A stretch of 64,000 bases of DNA from Clostridia bacterium (GTDB lineage Bacteria > Bacillota > Clostridia > DUPQ01): the NCBI GenBank assembly GCA_016929655.1, contig JAFGIJ010000125.1, forward strand, positions 6,521 through 70,520, written 5' to 3'. Shown here piece after piece: positions 39,375 to 50,105 of the stretch. Within the stretch, counting starts at the first letter, position 1, and each line of letters starts with the position of its first letter. Under the pieces are notes generated by a model, which searched no databases, was not told the DNA's origin, and saw nothing but the letters and a program-made list of their open reading frames with translations. Position numbers and translations under genes: made by a program.

Positions 39375-41744
39375 TCATCCGATTGGAGAATCTCCGTGGA
39401 TATCAACTGAAAATACAACATTTGAAGGTTTCTTTAAAACAACTCCAAGATACATCCGGTTAATGGATTCTCTAAGAACCCCGGTGATATCACCTCTTGC
39501 CACAACCCTATATCTATATTTTCTATTAATTCTGGCCACCGGTGCAGGTTCGACGGCAGAAACATAAATCCCTGATTTGGACAGAAAATCCGCACATTTG
39601 GAAGCCCACTTAATTGCTTCCTTCCCATTTTCCGATGTAAACAGCATTATTGCGACATGTCCGAAGGGGGGATATCCAAAGGCTTCCCTCAGCTTCATTT
39701 CTCTTTCATAAAAGGCCTTATAGTTCTGTTTGACCCCTAATTCAACTGCGTATGAATCAGTATTATATGCCTGAATTACAGCACTGCCCGCCTTCTCTCC
39801 CCTGCCTGCCCGGCCGGCAGACTGCGTAATAAGCTGGAAAGCCCTTTCCTGTGATGTATAGTCAAAACCGGTCATCAATGTGTCAGCAGCCAGTATTCCC
39901 ACCAAAGTAATATCCGGAAAATCATGTCCCTTGGCAATCATTTGGGTGCCGATTAGAATATTGATTTTTTCTTTTCTGAATTTGTCCAGAATCTGCATGT
40001 GGGAGTTTTTAAACCCTGTAGCATCAGAATCCATTCGAATTACCGAAGCTTCAGGAAATTCCTGTCTTATTTCTTCTTCTACTTTCTGGGTTCCGGTTCC
40101 GTGGTTCTGTATTGAAGAGGATCCGCATATATGGCATTTCTTTGGAACCGGTTTCATTCTACCGCAGTAGTGGCAGACCAGAGAATCTATATTCCTGTGG
40201 TATGTCATTGACACATCACAGTTACCGCAGATATTGGTATTGCCGCAATCTTTGCAAAGTATGAATGAAGAATATCCCCTTCTGTTGAGAAACAGCATTG
40301 ACTGGTTGCCCTGTCCAATGTTTTGTTTTAACTTTTCTTTTAGGGTCCTGCTCAGCAAACTATGGTTACCGGATTTCAGCTCTTCCTTCATATCAACAAC
40401 TTCAACATCCGGAAGATTACCTGATCCTGCTCTTTTAAGTAGCTCAATCACCCTGTTTTTTTGCTTGAAATCATGGTAAGTAACCACAGACGGGGTTGCT
40501 GAGCCGGCAACCAGCACCGCTTTTCCAAGCCTGCACCGCATGGAGGCTATATCAAGGGCACTGTATCTCGGGGTATTTTCACTTATAAATGACGGTTCAT
40601 GCTCCTCATCGATTATCACCAATCCCAGATTGGCAAAGGGTGCAAAAATACACGATCTGGCTCCCAGTGCAATGGACACCTTCCCATCCTTTATCAGCAT
40701 CCATTGATCGTATCTTTCACCCATTGAAAGCTTGCTGTGCAATACTGCAAGTTCACCTGGGAATCGTGCAAGGAATCTTCTTATCATAAGAGGAGTCAGA
40801 GATATTTCAGGCACAAGCACGATTACCTGCCTGCCCATGGAAACCGCTTTTTCAGCAAGGTTCAAATATACTTCAGTCTTACCGCTGCCTGTAATACCAT
40901 GAAGCAGGAACTCATCAAATTCACCTTTTTCCATTGACCCGGTTATTGTTTTTACAGCTTTTTCCTGCATGTCGTTCAAAGGATGCCTGATATAACCCGT
41001 AACATCCCAGTCATCTGTTTCATATCTTTGGATGGCTTTATCAAATATTTCAATGAAGCCCTTTTTTGCCATGCTCTGGAGAACCTGTCTTGATATTGAT
41101 TCATAGCTCTCAAAATCGCTTACAGTAATTTCCCCATACTCAAGCAAGAGCTTGATTACTTTAAGATGCCTGACATTGCCGATGTTGTTGTCTTCAATCA
41201 TTTCCGAGGCTCGTTCCAATGTCATTGATAACCTTGCAGCTTTCAGTGTCTTTGACTTTGCCGCTCTTTTAGTCCTGAATTCAATCCTGATGTTTCCGCT
41301 TTCCAAACCAGACTTCATTATATCCTTGTCATTGCCGATGGATTCCAGATACTCAAAAAAATCAGTTTCCATACCCTTTGAATCAATTATAATTTTTTCT
41401 CTTTTGATATTCATACCCGATGGAAGCATTGATGATATTGCTTGTCCGTAACTGCAGAAATACCTGTCCCTCATAATCTTCGCCAGCCTGAACATATCTT
41501 TGTCAAGTACAGGCTCTTCATCCAATATTTCTGAGATTTCCTTTAGATTGCTGTAACTGCTGCTTTCAACCATTGCCAGAAACCAGGCTGTCCTGGGAGC
41601 TTTTCCCCTGCCGAAAGGAACGCTGACCCGCATGCCGGTAACAAGACTGTCTTCAAGGGCCTCAGGTACATAATAGTGGTATATTTTATCAAATGACCTT
41701 GCTGCATCTTCAAGTATAACAGCACAGATTTTCAATTCCTTCAT
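39375..41744 (-). CDS. priA: primosomal protein N' (PriA helicase)
   Basis: DEAH-box helicase motifs (GITGSGKTEV, DEEHE) and a Cys-rich zinc-binding insert. Start uncertain (41744 to 41813). Confidence 0.9.
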   Translation of the reverse strand: MKELKICAVILEDAARSFDKIYHYYVPEALEDSLVTGMRVSVPFGRGKAPRTAWFLAMVESSSYSNLKEISEILDEEPVLDKDMFRLAKIMRDRYFCSYGQAISSMLPSGMNIKREKIIIDSKGMETDFFEYLESIGNDKDIMKSGLESGNIRIEFRTKRAAKSKTLKAARLSMTLERASEMIEDNNIGNVRHLKVIKLLLEYGEITVSDFESYESISRQVLQSMAKKGFIEIFDKAIQRYETDDWDVTGYIRHPLNDMQEKAVKTITGSMEKGEFDEFLLHGITGSGKTEVYLNLAEKAVSMGRQVIVLVPEISLTPLMIRRFLARFPGELAVLHSKLSMGERYDQWMLIKDGKVSIALGARSCIFAPFANLGLVIIDEEHEPSFISENTPRYSALDIASMRCRLGKAVLVAGSATPSVVTYHDFKQKNRVIELLKRAGSGNLPDVEVVDMKEELKSGNHSLLSRTLKEKLKQNIGQGNQSMLFLNRRGYSSFILCKDCGNTNICGNCDVSMTYHRNIDSLVCHYCGRMKPVPKKCHICGSSSIQNHGTGTQKVEEEIRQEFPEASVIRMDSDATGFKNSHMQILDKFRKEKINILIGTQMIAKGHDFPDITLVGILAADTLMTGFDYTSQERAFQLITQSAGRAGRGEKAGSAVIQAYNTDSYAVELGVKQNYKAFYEREMKLREAFGYPPFGHVAIMLFTSENGKEAIKWASKCADFLSKSGIYVSAVEPAPVARINRKYRYRVVARGDITGVLRESINRMYLGVVLKKPSNVVFSVDIHGDSPIG

Positions 41745-41890
41745 CACCATGATTTTAACATAAGAGTGTATAAAAAGTGTGTAATATCTCATACTTTGTG
41801 GAAACTGAATCACTGCTGTGGTAAATTATATTCAAAAGGCCGGATATACACCTTCGAAGGGCATGAAAACAAGGAACCTGAGGTCAGTTT

Positions 41891-42587
41891 GAACAAAAAA
41901 ATAATCATAGTTGATGATGAAAAAAGAATTCGGGACCTGATACGGGCCTATCTTGAAAAAGAGGGCTATTCTGTGATGGATTATGATAATGCGGATTCAG
42001 CCTATGCAGCATTTCTTAACTCTCAATGCGATATGCTTGTAATAGATATCATGATGCCCGGAACCAATGGACTTGATCTGTGTAAGAAGATACGTGCAAA
42101 GAGCAGTGTGCCGATAATAATAGTCTCTGCGAGAGACGAAGAAATCGACAGGATACTTGGGCTTGAGCTGGGAAGTGATGACTATTTGGCCAAGCCCTTC
42201 AGCCCACGGGAACTGGTAATCCGGATGAAGAATATTTTCAAGAGAATTGACAAAGGTGAAGTAGACGAAAATATAGAAATTCATACATTTGAGGGAGTGG
42301 AAGTCAATGTATTTTTCCATTCTGTGACTGTCAATGGGCAGGAAGCAAGCTTTACTGAAAAGGAATATGAACTGCTTTTATTGTTTGTAAGCAACCCTCT
42401 GCGCGCTTTTTCACGAGAACAACTCATAGACAGGATATGGGGGTATGAGTACATAGGTGATGTAAGGCCTGTTGACGATTTAGTAAAAAGAATCAGAAAG
42501 AAGCTTCGTTCCTATGGTTCAGATATGGAAATTTCAACCGTCTGGGGTTATGGGTACAAAGCTTCAGGGGGTACTGATGAAGCTTAG
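41891..42587 (+). CDS. OmpR-family response regulator
   Basis: Receiver domain (IIIVDDE; phospho-acceptor Asp in LVIDIMMPG) plus a C-terminal winged helix. Probable TTG start with RBS GAGGT. Confidence 0.85.
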
Positions 42588-43959
42588 AGGTAAATTAATA
42601 ATCTCATACATTTTGCTTATCAGTATGGTTTTTCTAATCTTTTATATAATAGCTATGCCTTTGGTCAGAAATTATATCAAAAACCAGGTTTCAGCAGGTC
42701 TTGAACAGGAACAGGTTCTTGTTAAAAGTTATCTTGATGAAAATATGGATGATATAACAGACCGGGAAACATATCTGAAGGCTTTTGCCAGGGAGCGGAT
42801 TGCCATTGAAAGGTTCGGTCTTAGCAGCTCAATCGGCATTTTCTATTATGCAAGGGTAACAGGTACCCTGACTTTTGTTCAGGACATTGAAATTGACAAT
42901 GAAACCTCAGACAATCTCATTGCAAGGATAATAGACAAAGACACCTCTTCGTTCATAGGTACATTGAACGGTGAAAACCATGTACTACTGGCTTTTCCTC
43001 TGAGTTCAGCTCAGGCACAGCAGCGATTGTTCATTTTGATGTATACCCCAGAGACAGCTATCATTGCATTCACAAAAGGCTTTACAAGGATATTGATTTT
43101 AGTATTTGGTTTTACCACCGTTCTGGCAATAATCATCTCTCTTGTTCTTGCCGAAAAGATGACCAATCCAATTGAAAAACTGAAGCAACAGGCCCTTTTA
43201 CTCAGGAAAAGGGATTTCACAGCAAAATCCAGCATCACGGCGAATGATGAATTCAGGGAACTGTCAGTTGCATTGAACCAGGCGGCGGCTGAACTTGAAA
43301 TCCATAATACTGCCCAGAAGGATTTCCTGGATAATGTTTCACATGAACTCCGAACCCCGCTGATGTCAATTCAAGGGTATGCTGAAGGGATAAGGGACGG
43401 AATATTTAAACCTGACGAAAAGACACTTGGTATCATCGTCGGAGAAAGTATTCGTCTAAAAAACCTTGTAGGGAATATTTCATATTTGTCAAAACTTGAG
43501 TCAACTCCTGACTTTTATAAGTTTTCCGAAGTCAATGCCGGAGATGTATTAAGGGGAGCTATTGCTGCAGTTTCCGGACTTGAACAAGCAAGGGAAATAG
43601 GGTTGGTTGTACTGGCTGCTCCTGATGCACTTATGTACGGTGACGGAGAAAAACTTACACAACTTTTCATCAATATACTGTCAAATGCCCTGAGATATGC
43701 AGTCAGCTCCGTAATCATTGAAGCAATTGTTGAGAATAACTTTTATTCAGTAAAGATAAAGGATGATGGACCCGGGCTTCCCGTTGATGATACCGATAAG
43801 GTATTCAGGCGATTTTATAAGGGAGAACGCGGAAACACCGGTCTAGGGCTTTCCATTTCCCTGGCAATTGCCAGACGTCACCAAGGAAATATAACTGCAC
43901 AGAACATCACACCAACCGGAGCTCTTTTTACTGTTCTGCTTCCTTTAAATAGTCAATGA
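42577..43959 (+). CDS. sensor histidine kinase (HAMP + HisKA + HATPase)
   Basis: Two TM segments, H-box SHELRTPL, and N/G boxes at the C-terminus. Confidence 0.85.
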   Translation: MKLRGKLIISYILLISMVFLIFYIIAMPLVRNYIKNQVSAGLEQEQVLVKSYLDENMDDITDRETYLKAFARERIAIERFGLSSSIGIFYYARVTGTLTFVQDIEIDNETSDNLIARIIDKDTSSFIGTLNGENHVLLAFPLSSAQAQQRLFILMYTPETAIIAFTKGFTRILILVFGFTTVLAIIISLVLAEKMTNPIEKLKQQALLLRKRDFTAKSSITANDEFRELSVALNQAAAELEIHNTAQKDFLDNVSHELRTPLMSIQGYAEGIRDGIFKPDEKTLGIIVGESIRLKNLVGNISYLSKLESTPDFYKFSEVNAGDVLRGAIAAVSGLEQAREIGLVVLAAPDALMYGDGEKLTQLFINILSNALRYAVSSVIIEAIVENNFYSVKIKDDGPGLPVDDTDKVFRRFYKGERGNTGLGLSISLAIARRHQGNITAQNITPTGALFTVLLPLNSQ

Positions 43960-44079
43960 ATTCATAAGTGTCTTACGATTTTTCATATTATAATCGCACA
44001 CATTCCTGCTCCGTCGGATTGTTTTTTGCATTTTTGTGATTATTAAAAGGTAATTGAAACATAAACATGGTAATTTAGA

Positions 44080-44108
44080 TTGTACAATATCCTTTTTTTT
44101 AATATAAT
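44080..44108 (+). promoter_or_regulatory. sigma-A type promoter (TTGTAC-17-TATAAT) for the small membrane protein / M23 / bactofilin / PBP1A block
   Basis: TTGTACaatatcctttttttttaaTATAAT, then RBS GGAGG 8 nt before the ATG at 44137. Confidence 0.6.
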
Positions 44109-44136
44109 TGACATAGAATAAAACGGAGGTTTTTAA

Positions 44137-44592
44137 ATGTACTATCCATCGCTTGTAACCACTACTTCAATATTCTCGGCTTTGTCAGTATTGTTTACAG
44201 TTATATTCAGTGTTGCCTTATATGTTCTGTTTTCATACAGCCTTTATGTAATAGTGAAAAAGCGGGAAATGCCCAATCCATGGCTTGCCTGGATACCAAT
44301 AGTCAATATGTACTGTGTGGGTAAAATAACCGGAGATATCAAAATATTCAACCTGTCTCTTACAAATACGGAAATTATACTCCCGTTGGCATTTGCGCTT
44401 TTCATTGGCCTTAAGTATATACCCTTGGTTGGATTTATATTGTCTGCAATAGGTCTGCTTGTCCTCGTAATTGCTTTTCACAAATTATATGAAAACTTTG
44501 ACCCGGAAAATGCATTCCTGTTAACAATAATTACAGCTATACTGCCTGTTTTGGCCGCTCCTGTGATTTTGTTTGTATACAGAAACAGATGA
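44137..44592 (+). CDS. small integral membrane protein, 4 TM segments, unknown function
   Basis: 151 aa hydrophobic ORF with a good promoter and RBS. Confidence 0.6.
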   Translation: MYYPSLVTTTSIFSALSVLFTVIFSVALYVLFSYSLYVIVKKREMPNPWLAWIPIVNMYCVGKITGDIKIFNLSLTNTEIILPLAFALFIGLKYIPLVGFILSAIGLLVLVIAFHKLYENFDPENAFLLTIITAILPVLAAPVILFVYRNR

Positions 44593-44699
44593 CAAGAAAC
44601 ATTGAACTGTACAAAAGTTGAAATTTTATTAAAAAAATATTAGAATGTCATTACTGTGTCCGATTTAAAAAGTCTTTAACCGGACCAGGTATTATTTAT

Positions 44700-45677
44700 T
44701 TGGAGAGTTTGATGAAACGACATGGGGCTGACAGCCACAACAAGGAAAAAAGAGGATCCACATTATTGTATATTCCCCACAGCGGGAAGAGTACCAAAAT
44801 ATTGAATATTTCAGCTCCAATGGCCAAGATAGTTTCTGCGTTTTTAATCTTCGCTCTTATTATAGTGAGTTTATCTTTGGTAATGACATATTTTATACGT
44901 GAAAATAGAATGCTCAATGACAGGAACGAATATATTGTAAACAAATATCAGGAACAGATAGGTGCAACAAATCTCTATATTTCCAGACAGGCAACCATGC
45001 TGGAAGATAAAATGGAGGAACTGGGTGAAATTGAATTCATCCAGACATCCATCTCAGGTGGGATTTTAAGTCTCGCCCAGAAGATTGAAGGGGTATCCAC
45101 CCAATATTTTTCAGAGCTTCCCGGATCAACTTCTGCTTTAATTGATTATAACAATATGGATAACTTTATCAATGACATCAAGGACATTACAGCAGCCTTG
45201 AATGAATTTGATGGTCTGGCTGAACTTTCAGCGTCGGAAATGGTTCAGTTTGAGGATATCAGAGTCAACCTTTCTAATTATCTGGAATATGTACCCTCGC
45301 TGTGGCCCACTGAAAGCACTTACATCGGTTCCGATTTCGGTATGAGATGGCATCCAATTCTAAAGGTTTTGAAGGAGCACACAGGACTTGATATCGGCGG
45401 AGCCTATAAAGACGATATATACGCAGCAGGTGCAGGAACGGTCACATTCTCCGGATGGAACGGCGGTTATGGATATTTGGTTAAGATTGACCATGGTGAT
45501 GGAATAGAAACTTATTATGGACACGCTTCAAAACTTTTAGTCAGCAAAGGAGACATCGTGGAAAAGGGTCAGGTCATTGCATTGGTCGGCAGTACTGGCG
45601 TCAGCACGGGACCTCACCTCCATTTCGAAGTCAGAATAGATAATGTAGCTGTTGATCCACTGCCATTCATTAATTAA
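44700..45677 (+). CDS. M23-family (LytM-domain) peptidoglycan endopeptidase with N-terminal TM and coiled coil
   Basis: HTGLDIG...YGHASK...GPHLHFEV M23 motifs. Confidence 0.85.
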   Translation: MESLMKRHGADSHNKEKRGSTLLYIPHSGKSTKILNISAPMAKIVSAFLIFALIIVSLSLVMTYFIRENRMLNDRNEYIVNKYQEQIGATNLYISRQATMLEDKMEELGEIEFIQTSISGGILSLAQKIEGVSTQYFSELPGSTSALIDYNNMDNFINDIKDITAALNEFDGLAELSASEMVQFEDIRVNLSNYLEYVPSLWPTESTYIGSDFGMRWHPILKVLKEHTGLDIGGAYKDDIYAAGAGTVTFSGWNGGYGYLVKIDHGDGIETYYGHASKLLVSKGDIVEKGQVIALVGSTGVSTGPHLHFEVRIDNVAVDPLPFIN

Positions 45678-45691
45678 ACGGAGGAACAATT

Positions 45692-46069
45692 ATGTCAAAA
45701 AAACTGCCCAGACGGGCTAGGAAAATTGATTCATTCATAGGTCCCGATTCAACATTGTCGGGTGATATATTTTCAAAAAGATCACTTTGCATCGAAGGAG
45801 TTGTCGAAGGAAATGTATTTGCTGACGGCACCGTAATCTTAGGGAAAACAGCATATATATCAGGCAGCATTGAAGCCCACAGTGCTTCTATTTCAGGAGA
45901 AGTCAAGGGCAGCGTAATTGCAAAGGATTATGTTAAATTGACATCATCCTGTACAGTTCTCGGTGATATCCATGCTGCAAATTTCATAACTGATGAAGGT
46001 TCTGTATTCAACGGCAAGTGCTATATGACTGCCGGACATGAGCCTGAAGAAGTTGAAGATGAAAAATAA
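45692..46069 (+). CDS. bactofilin (DUF583) cytoskeletal protein
   Basis: 125 aa built of repeated beta-helical G-x-hydrophobic motifs (IEGVVEGNVFADGTVILGKTAYISGSIEAHSASISGEVKGSVIA). Confidence 0.8.
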   Translation: MSKKLPRRARKIDSFIGPDSTLSGDIFSKRSLCIEGVVEGNVFADGTVILGKTAYISGSIEAHSASISGEVKGSVIAKDYVKLTSSCTVLGDIHAANFITDEGSVFNGKCYMTAGHEPEEVEDEK

Positions 46070-46110
46070 GGGAATCCTTGCAACCCCTTATATAAACCAA
46101 TGAGGAGCAT

Positions 46111-48747
46111 ATGAAGAAAAATATCGGAGAAGATAAAAAGCGGTCTGCCAGCAAAACTGAGCAGACCCCTTACACATATTCCTTCTGGAGTATATTCACA
46201 AACACATTTGGAACAACTATAAAAGTATTGATTGCTGCAGTACTTCTTGTTGGAGTTATAATGGGTGGTCTTGGGCTCGGTCTTGTAATCGGTTGGATAG
46301 AGACTGCTGAGGCAATTCCTGAAGAGGACCTCGAAATAACCACTGGTCTGACTACATTCATCTATGACAACGAGGGCAATGTTGTAACCAAGCTTACAGG
46401 TTCTGACAACATGAACCGGGAAACTGTTGAGTACAAGGATATTCCGATGATACTCGAACATGCCATAGTTGCAATTGAAGATGAACGGTTCTATGAACAC
46501 AAGGGGTTTGACCTAATAAGGATTCTAAGTTCAGTATATTCACTTGTTGCAAACCGTGGTGAAATAGAACAGGGTGGAAGCACTCTGACACAGCAGGTCT
46601 ATAAAAACTATACAGATAGGTTTGAGCAGACCTTCGAAAGAAAGTTCCAGGAATTATATAATTCAATCCTTCTGGAAATGAAGTATGACAAAAGCACAAT
46701 AGTAACAAAGTACTGCAATATTGTTAACATGGGCAATGGATCTTATGGATTCAAATCTGCTTCCGAATTATATTTCGGCAAAGATCTTCTTGACCTTAAT
46801 CTTGCTGAAGCAGCTTTTCTGGCAGGAATTCCAAATGCCCCGACAACATATAATCCGTATACAGAAAAAGGTTATGAAAACACATTGACCAGAATGAAGA
46901 ACATCCTTGATAAAATGTATGAACTTGGTTTTATAAACAAAGAAGATCACGATACGTTCAGGACTTATCAGGTTGAGATACAGCCCAGGGATACAACACT
47001 GCAGACATATAATCCAACATCCTACTTCATTGAGCAGGTCATTGATGATGTCATTCAGAAGCTCATGGAAATAGATAACTCAACCGAGTTCTACGCTGAA
47101 CAAAAACTATATAACAACGGCCTTCATATATATACAACCCTTGACCCTGATGTTCAGCAGGCAATGGATGAAATTTATATGGATTCAAGTTACTTCCCTA
47201 CTCTTACGGCAACAGGCGAAATAATGAACAAGGATGCTTATAAGTACGGTGAACTTCCCCAGTCCTCCATGGTGATAATAGATCAATCCAATGGACAGGT
47301 AGTCGCCATGTATGGCGGAAACGGCGAGAAGACCAGCAACAGGACCCTCAACAGGGCAACTTCAATTGAACGGCAGCCTGGTTCCAGCTTCAAACCCATA
47401 GCAGTATATGGTCCGGCACTTGAACTGGAGCTAATAACTGCTGCAACTGTTTTTGATGATGTACCGTCGTACCTTGACCCCAAGAATCCGGAGGAAATAT
47501 ATCCCAGAAACTATGACAAAACATTCATCGGACTGGTGTCACTCAGGGATGCTGTTAAATCCTCCATCAATGTTGTTGCTGCAAAAGTATGGAGTGAGTA
47601 TCTTGGAAGAGACAATGCAGTTTCTTTTCTAGAAAAGGTTGGTATTTTCAGAAGCGATATCATTTTTGACGATTCTACGGTATCAACGGCAACCGGTGGC
47701 CTTTCAAGGGGGGTCAGCCCATACGAAATGGCCAATGCTTTTGCCACTTTTGCAAATCAAGGCGTTTATATAGATGCATATACCTTTACTGAAATCAGAA
47801 ACTACAGGGATGATGTCATTTATAAAGCTCAACCGGAGTTTGACACTGTTTACAGAAGTCAGACAGCTTATATCATGACAGATATACTTAAGGAAATTAC
47901 CAGTCCAATGAACTCCCATTATCCGCATTCAGGTACCGCCTATGGACGAATAAGCATTCAGGATGGTGCCATGCCTGTTGCTGGTAAAACCGGTACCACA
48001 AGCGATCATCTCGACAAGTGGTTTGTAGGATATACACCTTATTACACAGCAGCTGTGTGGTACGGATATGACAATAGGATAATGCCCATCGAACTTGTAA
48101 TAGGTGAAAGAAGGAAAAATGAAGAAACCGGTTCATATTATTATGATGGTGAGTATAATCAAGCGCAGTATATCTGGAATGCAGTCATGGGAAAAGTGCA
48201 TGAAAACCTTACTGCCAAAGACTTTGAAAAACCCACAACCGGCTTGGTAGAGCGTGAAATATGCATTTATTCCGGCAAATATCCCACTGACCTGTGCCTG
48301 CTTGACCCTCGTGATAACTGGGGATATGGAACTGATGCCACCAGGATGGAATTGTTCATCGAAGGAACCGAACCAAGCTATTTTGATCAATGTGATGTGC
48401 ACCAGGAAGCCACTGTATGTGTCGCCAGCACAGACCCCTATGGTCGATTCCTGCTTGCTACGGATGACTGCCCACAGGATTATACAATGACAATAATAGG
48501 CCTGGTACGTCCGGAACCTTATATACCTTATATGCCTGATCCGGAAGCAGCACCAAAACCTTACGATCCGGATGACTGGGTATATCCGATTCTGGTGGAA
48601 GACATGCCATATGAAATCATGGTCGGCGAATATTGCACAGTTCATGGCATGCCACCTGTTGAAGAAGAAACTGTAATAGTGGAAATTGATCCTGAAACCG
48701 GCTTACCCGTAGTAACTCCGGTTCCATCAGAAACACCTCTTCCATAA
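46111..48747 (+). CDS. class A penicillin-binding protein (PBP1A; transglycosylase + transpeptidase)
   Basis: Glycosyltransferase motifs EDERFYEH and GGSTLTQQ, transpeptidase S-x-x-K region, N-terminal TM. Confidence 0.9.
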   Translation: MKKNIGEDKKRSASKTEQTPYTYSFWSIFTNTFGTTIKVLIAAVLLVGVIMGGLGLGLVIGWIETAEAIPEEDLEITTGLTTFIYDNEGNVVTKLTGSDNMNRETVEYKDIPMILEHAIVAIEDERFYEHKGFDLIRILSSVYSLVANRGEIEQGGSTLTQQVYKNYTDRFEQTFERKFQELYNSILLEMKYDKSTIVTKYCNIVNMGNGSYGFKSASELYFGKDLLDLNLAEAAFLAGIPNAPTTYNPYTEKGYENTLTRMKNILDKMYELGFINKEDHDTFRTYQVEIQPRDTTLQTYNPTSYFIEQVIDDVIQKLMEIDNSTEFYAEQKLYNNGLHIYTTLDPDVQQAMDEIYMDSSYFPTLTATGEIMNKDAYKYGELPQSSMVIIDQSNGQVVAMYGGNGEKTSNRTLNRATSIERQPGSSFKPIAVYGPALELELITAATVFDDVPSYLDPKNPEEIYPRNYDKTFIGLVSLRDAVKSSINVVAAKVWSEYLGRDNAVSFLEKVGIFRSDIIFDDSTVSTATGGLSRGVSPYEMANAFATFANQGVYIDAYTFTEIRNYRDDVIYKAQPEFDTVYRSQTAYIMTDILKEITSPMNSHYPHSGTAYGRISIQDGAMPVAGKTGTTSDHLDKWFVGYTPYYTAAVWYGYDNRIMPIELVIGERRKNEETGSYYYDGEYNQAQYIWNAVMGKVHENLTAKDFEKPTTGLVEREICIYSGKYPTDLCLLDPRDNWGYGTDATRMELFIEGTEPSYFDQCDVHQEATVCVASTDPYGRFLLATDDCPQDYTMTIIGLVRPEPYIPYMPDPEAAPKPYDPDDWVYPILVEDMPYEIMVGEYCTVHGMPPVEEETVIVEIDPETGLPVVTPVPSETPLP

Positions 48748-48770
48748 ATATCCATTAACCAAACAAAAAC

Positions 48771-48806
48771 AACCAAACATCCTTGGGATGATTGGTTGTT
48801 TTTTTA
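48771..48806. terminator. bidirectional rho-independent terminator between PBP1A (+) and proA (-)
   Basis: AACCAAACATCC...GGATGATTGGTT hairpin followed by GTTTTTTT, with an A-rich tract on the opposite strand. Confidence 0.8.
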
Positions 48807-48860
48807 CATTGTTGTTAAGTTTTCCGTAGGATAACGAGACCAAAGTGATATTTTATTGCA

Positions 48861-50105
48861 TTATCTGATTTGGCCGTTTCCGGTTATTACATATTTGTAT
48901 GATGTGAGTTCTTTGAGCCCCATGGGACCTCTTGCATGGAGCATCTGTGTGCTGATGCCTATTTCTGCTCCCATACCGAATTCGCTTCCATCAGTGAATC
49001 TGGTTGACGCATTTACATACACGGCCGCTGCATCAATTTCGTTTTGGAATCGGATACCCTTTTTAAAATCTGTTGTCACTATTGCCTCTGAATGCCCCGT
49101 TCCATGGAGATTAATATGATCTATTGCTTCATCAATTCCAGAAACAACTTTGACAGCCATGATATAATCCAGAAACTCAGTATCGAAATCCTCAGAAGAA
49201 GCTTTGATTGCATTGGATAGAATATCCAACGTCTTCTGACACCCTCTTAGTTCAACATTGAACTTACTCAATCCTTCGTTGACAAGTGGCAGAAATTCTC
49301 CTGCAATGCTTTCATCCACCAAAAGCACCTCCGCGGCATTGCAAACACTTGGCTTTGATGTCTTTGCATTGACAGTAATATCCACTGCCATTGAAATGTC
49401 TGCATCACCGGATACATATATATGACATATACCAATACCTGTTTCAATTACAGGAACCGTTGAGTTCTTAACTACTTCATTTATTAGGGATGCAGTTCCC
49501 CTGGGTATCAATACATCAATATATTCATTGAGCTGCATCAGGGCAACAGCTGTTTTTCTATCGGTATCCTTTACTAGCTGAACACAGTCTGCCGGAAAAC
49601 CAATTTTATCAAGAGCTTCCCTCATTATGTCTACAATAGCTATATTTGATTTCAATGCCATGCTGCTGCCTCTTAGTATTACAGCATTTCCTGTCTTGAT
49701 GCAAAGGCCTGCTGCATCGGATGTTACATTGGGTCTTGACTCATATATTATTCCTATGACGCCAAGAGGAACACGGCGCTTTTCGATTATTAATCCGTTG
49801 GGTCTATTTATGATTTCCAGGGTTTGTCCGATTGGATCTACCAGTGCTGCAGCATCCCTAAGTCCATCAGCCATTCCCTTGATTCTGCTTAAATCAAGTC
49901 TCAATCTATCAAGATATGCAGCAGTCTTTCCTCCTTCTTCTGCCAGAGCAAGATCAATTGCATTGCCCTCCAATATTTTTTCAGTATTAGATTCAAGGGC
50001 ATCTGCCATGGCCAGAAGAGCCTTGTCCTTGTTCTTTGTTGTGACAGAAGCCAGGAATTTTCCCGCAGTTACTGCTTTTTTCCCCAATTCAATCAAATAT
50101 TCCAT
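48861..50105 (-). CDS. proA: gamma-glutamyl phosphate reductase
   Basis: 414 aa aldehyde-dehydrogenase-fold ProA (catalytic Cys in the VCNAAEVLLV region). Confidence 0.9.
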   Translation of the reverse strand: MEYLIELGKKAVTAGKFLASVTTKNKDKALLAMADALESNTEKILEGNAIDLALAEEGGKTAAYLDRLRLDLSRIKGMADGLRDAAALVDPIGQTLEIINRPNGLIIEKRRVPLGVIGIIYESRPNVTSDAAGLCIKTGNAVILRGSSMALKSNIAIVDIMREALDKIGFPADCVQLVKDTDRKTAVALMQLNEYIDVLIPRGTASLINEVVKNSTVPVIETGIGICHIYVSGDADISMAVDITVNAKTSKPSVCNAAEVLLVDESIAGEFLPLVNEGLSKFNVELRGCQKTLDILSNAIKASSEDFDTEFLDYIMAVKVVSGIDEAIDHINLHGTGHSEAIVTTDFKKGIRFQNEIDAAAVYVNASTRFTDGSEFGMGAEIGISTQMLHARGPMGLKELTSYKYVITGNGQIR

